A stretch of DNA of 64,000 bases from positions 3,674 to 67,673 of the forward strand of contig JAZKXN010000092.1 of assembly GCA_045611605.1 (NCBI GenBank), written 5' to 3'. This document shows, piece by piece, positions 19,679-27,040 of this stretch. The stretch comes from Acutalibacteraceae bacterium (lineage in GTDB: Bacteria; Bacillota; Clostridia; Oscillospirales; Acutalibacteraceae). Position 1 is the stretch's first letter; every line of letters begins with the position of its first letter. The position numbers were made by a program, and so were the translations under genes. The notes beneath the pieces were generated by a model, which saw nothing but the letters and a program-made list of their open reading frames with translations, ran no database searches and was not told where the DNA came from.

Positions 19679-20706
19679 ATTTAGATTTCAAAAGAAAATT
19701 ACCCGTACCGCAACAAATTAAGACTCGCTATCCCGTTACTGACGAATTGGCTAAAATTAAAGCACAGCGCGATGCGGAAGTTGAAGCAATTTTCAAGGGT
19801 GAAAGCGATAAATTTATTCTTGTTATCGGCCCTTGCTCGGCCGATAACAAAGAAAGCGTGCTTAATTATATTGGCAGACTTAAAAAAGTTGAAGCGGAAG
19901 TTAAAGATAAAATTTTAATTATGCCCCGTATTTATACTAACAAACCCCGTACAACGGGTGACGGATATAAGGGAATGCTTCATCAACCCGACCCTGATAA
20001 AACCCCTGATATGCTCGAAGGCATTATTGCAATCCGTGATTTGCATATGTCTGCTCTTAAGGACTACGGTTTCACCTGTGCTGATGAAATGCTTTACCCC
20101 GATAATTATCGTTATCTATCTGACCTTCTCGGTTATGTGGCTGTTGGTGCGCGTTCGGTTGAAAATCAGCAACACCGTTTAACTGCAAGCGGTATTGATG
20201 TACCTGTTGGTATGAAAAACCCCACAGGTGGTGATTTGTCGGTTATGATGAATTCAATCACTGCGGCACAACATTCTCACACCTTTATTTATCGCGGTTG
20301 GGAAGTTACAAGCGCGGGTAATCCCTTGGCGCACGCAATTATGCGCGGATATATCGATTATGCGGGCAAATGTGTTTCTAACTATCATTATGAAGATTTG
20401 CAAAATCTTTATAATCTCTATGCGAAATCAAATCTTGTAAACCCTGCGGCAGTTATTGACTGTAACCACGCTAATTCCGGCAAAAAATATCTTGAACAAA
20501 TCCGTATTGCCAAGGATGTGGTTTATAGCTGTAATCATAATAAGGATATAAGAAAAATGGTTAAGGGTCTTATGATTGAAAGCTATATTGAAGACGGTGC
20601 ACAAAAAATAGGCGAAGGCGTATATGGTAAATCAATTACCGACCCGTGTCTAGGCTGGGAAAAGAGTAAAGACCTTATTTACAAAATTGCAGATACACTT
20701 AAATAA
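19675..20706 (+). CDS. aroF: 3-deoxy-7-phosphoheptulonate (DAHP) synthase, class I
   Basis: 343 aa with IGPCS and KPRT motifs. Last gene of the operon, with an ATGA overlap. Confidence 0.9.
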   Translation: MNLDFKRKLPVPQQIKTRYPVTDELAKIKAQRDAEVEAIFKGESDKFILVIGPCSADNKESVLNYIGRLKKVEAEVKDKILIMPRIYTNKPRTTGDGYKGMLHQPDPDKTPDMLEGIIAIRDLHMSALKDYGFTCADEMLYPDNYRYLSDLLGYVAVGARSVENQQHRLTASGIDVPVGMKNPTGGDLSVMMNSITAAQHSHTFIYRGWEVTSAGNPLAHAIMRGYIDYAGKCVSNYHYEDLQNLYNLYAKSNLVNPAAVIDCNHANSGKKYLEQIRIAKDVVYSCNHNKDIRKMVKGLMIESYIEDGAQKIGEGVYGKSITDPCLGWEKSKDLIYKIADTLK

Positions 20707-20737
20707 AAAAATCGACCCATTAGGGTCGATTTTTTTG
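20705..20737. terminator. Bidirectional intrinsic terminator between convergent genes
   Basis: AAAAAATCGACCC-atta-GGGTCGATTTTTT, a perfect hairpin flanked by A and T runs. Confidence 0.8.
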
Positions 20738-20738
20738 T

Positions 20739-22220
20739 TTAATCATCTGCTTTTATTATAAACGCAAAATCAAGTGATGTGCCGTTTTGAATTTTAACAT
20801 TTGAAAGTAGTTCGGAATAGGCAATAGTCTTGCTTTCAAATGCTAATGGAATAAGTGTTGTACTACTTAAAAGTGATGTTTGAATTTGTGTTAAATCACC
20901 ATTGGTATAATCAATGCCAAATTTCGAAAGATATTCACTGGCACTTGGCGAATTAACGGTAACAGGGAAGATAGACATATAATAACTTTGCTCTTTAAGT
21001 TGGCTTTCAAGCACGGTTGGTGATGATACACCTTCAATGTTTATAAAAGCGCCAAGATTATTTTGCCAATGGCCCACAATCGCGGTCACCATATTTTTAG
21101 AGAAGCCGTTATCGTAATAATAAAGTTTTATGTCGTTTGGTAGCTTTTTGTCAGGTAATTGCTTAATTGAATTTGCGTATAGCGATTTCGCTGTATCGAG
21201 ATTATATGTTGACATACCAGATGCGCCGACCGATGTGCCGAGCGATGGCGGAAAAATAGAATTTGCAGGGGAAACACCGTTTGTAAGGGTGAAAGAATAA
21301 ATTTCGCTATTTGCTAATATGGCAAAGGCTTTGCGTATGTTTTGCGGAAGTTTATTGCTTAATGTTAAAAACCAAACGGTATTTTGTGTTCCTACCATTT
21401 TTATGCCGTTTTGTTTTAATTGTTCAATTTGGTTTGATTTTACAAACGCAATGTCGGTATCATCTTGTAAAAGGGTATCAGCGGCGGAAAGGTCTTTATT
21501 ATATGAAATGAAAACTGCTGCATTTTTAGCCGTGAAATCACCTGCGTATTCTTTGTTTTTATAAAGGCGTATACCAAAAATTTCTTTACTCCACTTAACT
21601 AAACGGTAACTACCGTTTGAAAGGGTAAAATCGGTATCAAGACCGTATTTGCCTTTGCAGGTAAGAAAAAATTCTTCATTACAGGGCATTGTAATTGGTA
21701 GGGTCAAAATCTTTAAAAAGTCGGGGTCATCATAGCAAAGCTCAATTTTAAGTGTTTGATCATCAATCGCTTTTACACCTAGTTCAAGGTTAATTAAATC
21801 ACCGCTGTTAATTTCTTTGCCGTTTTTAATTGAGTAAAGCAGGGAAGCATATGGAGCGGCGGTATCAAAACTTAAGGCACGTTTAAATGCAAATTCAAAA
21901 TCGTTTGCGGTAAGCTTTTCGCCGTTTTTCCATTTTGCATCTTTTCGTATTTTAAAGGTGTATGTAAGTCCTTGTTTTTTATAACTTTCAGCAACGCCAC
22001 ATTGTAGTTTGCCATTTTCATCAAAACGCATAAGACCTTCATAAAGGTTTTGCGAAATTAAAAGTTCAACATCGCTTTTTGCGGTCTGTGGGTCAAGTGT
22101 TCTCGGAAGTTCATCAAGCTGAAAATATATGTAAGCATCATCATTGTTGCCGCAAGCGGTTAATGGTAGCAACAAAATAATACAAAGAATAAGTGAAATT
22201 ATCTTAAAAAACGGTTTCAT
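20739..22220 (-). CDS. ABC transporter substrate-binding lipoprotein, family 5 (peptide/nickel type)
   Basis: Start set at MKPFFKIISLILCIILLLPLTACGN, which has a lipobox (LTAC) and SD GAAAGG upstream. The SBP_bac_5-like pattern runs throughout. No permease or ATPase genes are adjacent. Confidence 0.8.
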   Translation of the reverse strand: MKPFFKIISLILCIILLLPLTACGNNDDAYIYFQLDELPRTLDPQTAKSDVELLISQNLYEGLMRFDENGKLQCGVAESYKKQGLTYTFKIRKDAKWKNGEKLTANDFEFAFKRALSFDTAAPYASLLYSIKNGKEINSGDLINLELGVKAIDDQTLKIELCYDDPDFLKILTLPITMPCNEEFFLTCKGKYGLDTDFTLSNGSYRLVKWSKEIFGIRLYKNKEYAGDFTAKNAAVFISYNKDLSAADTLLQDDTDIAFVKSNQIEQLKQNGIKMVGTQNTVWFLTLSNKLPQNIRKAFAILANSEIYSFTLTNGVSPANSIFPPSLGTSVGASGMSTYNLDTAKSLYANSIKQLPDKKLPNDIKLYYYDNGFSKNMVTAIVGHWQNNLGAFINIEGVSSPTVLESQLKEQSYYMSIFPVTVNSPSASEYLSKFGIDYTNGDLTQIQTSLLSSTTLIPLAFESKTIAYSELLSNVKIQNGTSLDFAFIIKADD

Positions 22221-22349
22221 TTTTCGTTTCCTTTCAAAAATCGTGTGCCTAATTATACTATATTTCGCAAAAAAATTCAATAATTCTAGCATATTTTTAA
22301 AAAAGTAATGTTTTTTATCAATAAATATAATAAAAACAGTAAAAACCCT

Positions 22350-22378
22350 TTGCAAATTGATATAAAGTGTGTTATAAT
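22350..22378 (+). promoter_or_regulatory. Sigma-A type promoter of the hydrogenase operon
   Basis: TTGCAA (22350-22355), a 17-nt spacer, then TATAAT (22373-22378) with an upstream TG. Confidence 0.55.
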
Positions 22379-22454
22379 TTTAACATATATGTAACTCTAT
22401 ATATTTACAATATATAGGCGTATATAGCAATTATCTTATAGGAGGATTTGTAAC

Positions 22455-22958
22455 ATGCTTAAAAAACTCAGCACACTCCCTTTTAAGGGAACGCCTGAAC
22501 AGGAAGCACAGCTTAAAAGTGTTATTGATGCTCATAAGCACGACAAGAGCTTATTGATGGCAGTAATGCAAAAAGCACAGGACATTTATGGCTACCTTCC
22601 TATCGAGGTGCAAACCATGATTGCTGAAGGTATGGATGTTCCGCTTGAAAAAGTTTACGGCGTTGCAACATTCTATGCTCAGTTCTCATTGTCACCTAAG
22701 GGCGAGTACAACATCTCAGTTTGCCTTGGTACCGCTTGCTATGTTAAGGGTTCGGGCGACATCTTCAACAAGTTCAGCGAACGCCTTGGTATAGGCGCAG
22801 ACGAATGTACCGAAGATGGTAAATTCTCGCTTACTGCTTGCCGTTGTATCGGCGCTTGCGGTCTTGCACCTGTTCTTACAGTAAACGAAGAAGTTTACGG
22901 TCGTCTTACCGTTGATGATGTTGATGGTATTCTCGAAAAATACGGTTTTAAAAAATAA
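22455..22958 (+). CDS. hydC: NuoE-like [2Fe-2S] subunit of bifurcating [FeFe]-hydrogenase (HydC)
   Basis: 167 aa with the thioredoxin-like 2Fe-2S motif C..GTAC....C.C.GAC and SD AGGAGG. Confidence 0.85.
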   Translation: MLKKLSTLPFKGTPEQEAQLKSVIDAHKHDKSLLMAVMQKAQDIYGYLPIEVQTMIAEGMDVPLEKVYGVATFYAQFSLSPKGEYNISVCLGTACYVKGSGDIFNKFSERLGIGADECTEDGKFSLTACRCIGACGLAPVLTVNEEVYGRLTVDDVDGILEKYGFKK

Positions 22959-22978
22959 ACCGAGAGGATAATGTTTGT

Positions 22979-23335
22979 ATGAAAATCAGTACAATTAAAG
23001 ATTTACTTGAAGCTGAAGTTATCTGCTGTGAAGAAGAACTTGGCTCCCATGTTTATTCTGCTTGCGGAAGCGATATGATGAGCGATGTCTTGGCTTATGT
23101 TAAAGATCAGGCAGTTTTGCTTACCGGCCTTGTTAATTCACAGGTTATCAGAACCGCTGAAATGATGGATATGAAATGTGTCGTATTCGTGCGTTCCAAA
23201 AATCCCACTGCCGAAATGATTTCTTTGGCGCAGGAAAGCGGTATTGTTTTATTGGCTTCCAAAAAAAGACTTTACGAGGCTTGCGGTATTTTATACAGCA
23301 ACGGTCTTGTAGGAAATAGAGTTAAAAATGTCTGA
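22979..23335 (+). CDS. DRTGG domain-containing protein
   Basis: 118 aa. The pattern (SDMMSDVLAY...AVLLTGL...VVFVRSK) is typical of small DRTGG proteins found in hydrogenase operons. Confidence 0.7.
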   Translation: MKISTIKDLLEAEVICCEEELGSHVYSACGSDMMSDVLAYVKDQAVLLTGLVNSQVIRTAEMMDMKCVVFVRSKNPTAEMISLAQESGIVLLASKKRLYEACGILYSNGLVGNRVKNV

Positions 23336-23750
23336 GGCTTTAAAATTTCACTTCGAAGTTGACGGTAAGGATTTCACATCCGCAGGTCATGCTTCGGTAA
23401 TGGTGAAGAAAAATTTAAGGCAGTTAGGGTTGCCACCCGAAAAAATCAGGCAGGTTTCCATAGCTATGTATGAAGGCGAAATCAATATGGTCATTCACGC
23501 AGGCGGCGGCGTTGCCGATGTCAGTGTAACTGAAGATTATGTTGAAATTGTTTTGAAGGATAATGGCCCCGGTATTAAGGATATTGAACAGGCGATGCAG
23601 GAAGGTTTTTCGACCGCAACTGAAAATATTCGTTCATTGGGCTTCGGCGCGGGTATGGGTCTTCCCAATATGAAGCGTTATTCCGATTTTATGGAAATCG
23701 ACTCTACCGTTGGTGTTGGCACAACCATCACCATGCGTGTAAATATTTAA
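23328..23750 (+). CDS. GHKL-type ATPase, anti-sigma-factor/Ser-kinase-like (HATPase_c)
   Basis: 140 aa with an N-box-like region and G-boxes (DNGPGI ... GFGAGMGL). It overlaps the upstream DRTGG gene by 8 nt. Confidence 0.7.
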   Translation: MSEALKFHFEVDGKDFTSAGHASVMVKKNLRQLGLPPEKIRQVSIAMYEGEINMVIHAGGGVADVSVTEDYVEIVLKDNGPGIKDIEQAMQEGFSTATENIRSLGFGAGMGLPNMKRYSDFMEIDSTVGVGTTITMRVNI

Positions 23751-23769
23751 TTTTCGGCAGGTATTAACT

Positions 23770-25032
23770 ATGAATACATACGAGCATTCGGTTTTTTTAG
23801 ATGTCGAAAAATGTACCGGCTGTACCACCTGCTTAAAGCATTGCCCGACTGAGGCAATTCGCGTTAAGGATGGTCACGCCGTTATAAATGAAGGACGCTG
23901 TATCGATTGCGGTGAATGTATAAGGGTTTGTCCGCACCACGCGAAAAAGGCAAAATGTAATGCTCTTTCCGGTATGGATAAATTTAAATGGAAGATTGCT
24001 CTTCCGGCACCGAGCCTTTACGGTCAGTTTGAAAATCTTGATGATGTGGATTATGTTTTGGACGGTCTTTTAAAACTAGGCTTTGATGATGTTTTTGAAG
24101 TTTCTGCGGCGGCTGAACTTGTTTCGGCTTATACCCGTAAATATTTGAAAACCGAATCAATTACAAAGCCTGCAATAAGTTCGGCTTGTCCTGTTGTGAC
24201 AAGACTTATCGCTTTAAGATTCAGGTCCTTAATGGACAATATAATCCATATGCTGCCGCCGATGGAGGTTGCAGCAGACCTTGCTCGCCAAAAGGCAAAG
24301 CAAGAACATCCTGAATTTTCTGATGATGAAATCGGTGTTTGCTTTATTTCGCCCTGTCCTGCAAAAGCAAGTTATGTAAAAAACGGCTTTGCGGATTATA
24401 ACAGTAAAGTTGATGTGGTTGTTCCGATAAGCGACATATATTTTCAACTTATTAGTGTGATGTCACACAGCAGTGATATTAAATCACTTTCCAATTCGGG
24501 CATCATTGGTATTGGTTGGGCTTCATCCGGTGGCGAGTCTACTGCAATTTTTAATGAAAGTTATCTTGCGGCTGACGGTATTGAAAATGTCATTAAGGTT
24601 TTAGATCAACTTGAAAATGGTGATTTCCCAAATCTTGAATTTATCGAGCTAAACGCTTGCCCCGGCGGTTGCGTGGGCGGGGTTTTGACGATACAAAATC
24701 CCTTTATTGCTAAAGCAAGGCTTCAGTCCTTAAGACGGTATCTTCCTGTTTCGGAAAATTTTGTCAAGGATGACGGCGGTTATATTCCCGACGGTTTTCT
24801 GTTTGACAACTTGCCCGTTTATCAGCCAATTTCCCGCCTTTCTGACAGTATGGCAGAATCTATGCGTATGCTGTCTGACATTCAGCATATAAAGGGTGAG
24901 CTTCCGGGGCTTGATTGTGGCTCTTGCGGTGCTCCGACCTGCCGAGCATTGGCAGAAGATATTGTTAAGGGTCTATCAAGTATAGATAAGTGTCTTATAA
25001 AGAAATGTAGAGATCAGGGGTGCGACAAATGA
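23770..25032 (+). CDS. [FeFe]-hydrogenase-like protein, putative sensory type (HydS-like, no PAS domain)
   Basis: The N-terminus has 2x CxxCxxCxxxCP ferredoxin motifs. H-domain motifs are SSACP (L1 variant), SPCPAK (L2) and ELNACPGGCVGG (L3). The C-terminus has a CGSCGAPTC putative Fe-S domain. Confidence 0.8.
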   Translation: MNTYEHSVFLDVEKCTGCTTCLKHCPTEAIRVKDGHAVINEGRCIDCGECIRVCPHHAKKAKCNALSGMDKFKWKIALPAPSLYGQFENLDDVDYVLDGLLKLGFDDVFEVSAAAELVSAYTRKYLKTESITKPAISSACPVVTRLIALRFRSLMDNIIHMLPPMEVAADLARQKAKQEHPEFSDDEIGVCFISPCPAKASYVKNGFADYNSKVDVVVPISDIYFQLISVMSHSSDIKSLSNSGIIGIGWASSGGESTAIFNESYLAADGIENVIKVLDQLENGDFPNLEFIELNACPGGCVGGVLTIQNPFIAKARLQSLRRYLPVSENFVKDDGGYIPDGFLFDNLPVYQPISRLSDSMAESMRMLSDIQHIKGELPGLDCGSCGAPTCRALAEDIVKGLSSIDKCLIKKCRDQGCDK

Positions 25033-25355
25033 CGGTAAATGATTTGCTTTTAAACGAAAACTTTTCTGCAATCACTTTACCAAATGGCGACCGTGAAATT
25101 TCTGATGTTTACATAGGTGACCTTTTAAGCTGGGTTATGGGACGCGCTAAGGCTGATGACGCTTGGATAACAATAATGTCAAATGTTAATATTTTGGCAG
25201 TTGCTTCGTTGGCTGATACCGCCTGCATCATTTTGGCAGAGGGTGTAACAGTTGATGAAAGCATTAAAGCGACCGCTGTTGATAAGGAAATAAATATTCT
25301 TTCAACCGATTTGAGTATTTATGATGCGGCCATCTCATTAAATGATATGCTATGA
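25029..25355 (+). CDS. DRTGG domain-containing protein (second copy)
   Basis: About 108 aa. The ATGA start overlaps the upstream stop and SD AGGGGTG is present. The sequence pattern parallels the protein at 22979-23335. Confidence 0.7.
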   Translation: MTVNDLLLNENFSAITLPNGDREISDVYIGDLLSWVMGRAKADDAWITIMSNVNILAVASLADTACIILAEGVTVDESIKATAVDKEINILSTDLSIYDAAISLNDML

Positions 25356-26077
25356 AAAAGTTTTTTTACGATTTGCACATACACTCGTGTTTGTCACCCT
25401 GTGGTGATGATGAAGCGACTCCCGCTTCTATCGCAGGTATCGGTAAGCTTAATGGGTTGGACATTATGGCTCTTACCGACCATAATACAACCAAAAATTG
25501 TCCTGCTTTTTTTAAGGCGGCAAAGGCTTATGGTATCATTCCTGTTGCGGGGATGGAGCTTACTACCGCAGAAGACATTCATATGGTGTGTCTGTTTAAA
25601 ACCTTAGATGAAGCAAGCGCCTTCGATGAAGCGCTTGACAGTTATCGAATCCCGATTCCAAACCGCCCCGAAATATTCGGCCGGCAGTTAATAATGGATG
25701 AAGATGATATTATAATCGGTGAAGTGGATAATGTTTTATCCTTTGCGACAAGCCTTTCCTTTGACGAGACACCTGCCTTGGTGGAAAGCTTTGGCGGTAT
25801 ATGCTATCCAGCACACATTGACCGACCTTCAAATTCAGTTATTGCGGTGCTTGGCGCTTTTCCGCCTGATGTCAAATTTACTTGTGCCGAGCTTCATTTA
25901 AAGGAAAAAGTTACCGATTATGCTGTTATGGCTCAGTTGACGGAAGATAGATTAATCTTTAGTTCTGATGCACATCAACTTCTCGATATTAAAGAAGCAC
26001 AAGATTTTATAATGCTTCCTGATGATGGAGAGAATGCGGTAGAAAATCTTTTCAAGGCTTTGAAGGGGATATTATGA
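25352..26077 (+). CDS. PHP domain phosphoesterase
   Basis: 241 aa with N-terminal DLHIHS and TDHN motifs characteristic of the PHP metal-dependent phosphoesterase fold. ATGA overlap with the upstream gene. Confidence 0.75.
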   Translation: MKKFFYDLHIHSCLSPCGDDEATPASIAGIGKLNGLDIMALTDHNTTKNCPAFFKAAKAYGIIPVAGMELTTAEDIHMVCLFKTLDEASAFDEALDSYRIPIPNRPEIFGRQLIMDEDDIIIGEVDNVLSFATSLSFDETPALVESFGGICYPAHIDRPSNSVIAVLGAFPPDVKFTCAELHLKEKVTDYAVMAQLTEDRLIFSSDAHQLLDIKEAQDFIMLPDDGENAVENLFKALKGIL

Positions 26078-26628
26078 AGGAGTTATCACTTAATATTCTT
26101 GATATAACCGAAAATTCGGTTAAAGCGGGGGCAACCCTTACTGAAATTAACATTTCAGAAACTGAAAACGATTTAGTTTTAACCATTACCGATAACGGTC
26201 ACGGTATGACAAGTGAGATTTTAGATTCGGTTACAAACCCGTTTACAACAACTCGAACCACCCGCAAGGTTGGTTTGGGGTTACCGCTTTTAAAATTAGC
26301 GGCAGAGCAAACGGGCGGGGAAGTGGTTATCACTTCAAAACACGAAAGTGAATTTCCCGATAGTCACGGCACAATTGTAAAAGCAGTTTTTCATAAAAAT
26401 CATATTGATTTCACACCGCTTGGCGATGTGGTTTCAAGTGTAACAACATTAATTCAGGGTCATCCTGAAACCGATTTTCTCTTTATTCATTCATTCGGTG
26501 AAAATCAAGTCTTACTTGATACAAGAGAACTTCGTGAAACTCTTGAAGGGATTCCCCTTAACACTTATGAAGTAATTAAATGGATCGAAGAATATTTAAA
26601 AGAACAGTATTCTGAAATTCTTAAATAG
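26074..26628 (+). CDS. GHKL-type ATPase domain protein (HATPase_c, second copy)
   Basis: 184 aa with NILDITENSVKAG (N-box), DNGHGM (G1) and GLGLPLL (G2) motifs. ATGA overlap with the upstream gene. Confidence 0.7.
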   Translation: MKELSLNILDITENSVKAGATLTEINISETENDLVLTITDNGHGMTSEILDSVTNPFTTTRTTRKVGLGLPLLKLAAEQTGGEVVITSKHESEFPDSHGTIVKAVFHKNHIDFTPLGDVVSSVTTLIQGHPETDFLFIHSFGENQVLLDTRELRETLEGIPLNTYEVIKWIEEYLKEQYSEILK

Positions 26629-26651
26629 TATTAGGAAAGGATGTCATTAAA

Positions 26652-27020
26652 ATGAAATCTTTAGCTGAATTACAAGCAATTAAAGAAAAAATGAAGGACA
26701 AGGTTGTTCTTCGTGAAGGCACCAATGCTACACGCGTTGTTGTCGGTATGGCTACTTGCGGTATTGCTGCAGGTGCAAGACCTGTTCTCGCTGCTTTTGT
26801 TGAAGAGGTTAACGCTTTAGGTCTTATGGATACTGTTACAGTATCACAGACAGGTTGCATTGGTCTTTGCCAGTATGAACCTATTGTTGAAATCTTTGAA
26901 TCAGGCAAAGAAAAGGTTACCTATGTTAAGGTAGATGCTGACAAAGCAAAGCGTATTGCTAATGAACATTTAAAGGGTGGCAAGGTTGTAACTGAATTTA
27001 CAATCGGTGCTAACCAGTAA
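26652..27020 (+). CDS. Thioredoxin-like [2Fe-2S] ferredoxin
   Basis: 122 aa with a GMATCGIAAG ... GCIGLCQYEP cysteine pattern. Confidence 0.8.
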   Translation: MKSLAELQAIKEKMKDKVVLREGTNATRVVVGMATCGIAAGARPVLAAFVEEVNALGLMDTVTVSQTGCIGLCQYEPIVEIFESGKEKVTYVKVDADKAKRIANEHLKGGKVVTEFTIGANQ

Positions 27021-27040
27021 AATAATTGGAGGTAAAAAAC

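Noticed and set aside
22221-22355. N-terminal extensions of tracked ORFs, such as the 45 extra codons on the SBP gene. The same occurs at 33832-33882 (queA), 37568-37624 (pcrA), 51565-51609 (prs) and 30883-30936 (DUF378).
   Set aside because: In each case an internal ATG with a good SD gives the canonical family N-terminus or a lipoprotein signal. The extensions run through AT-rich promoter DNA.
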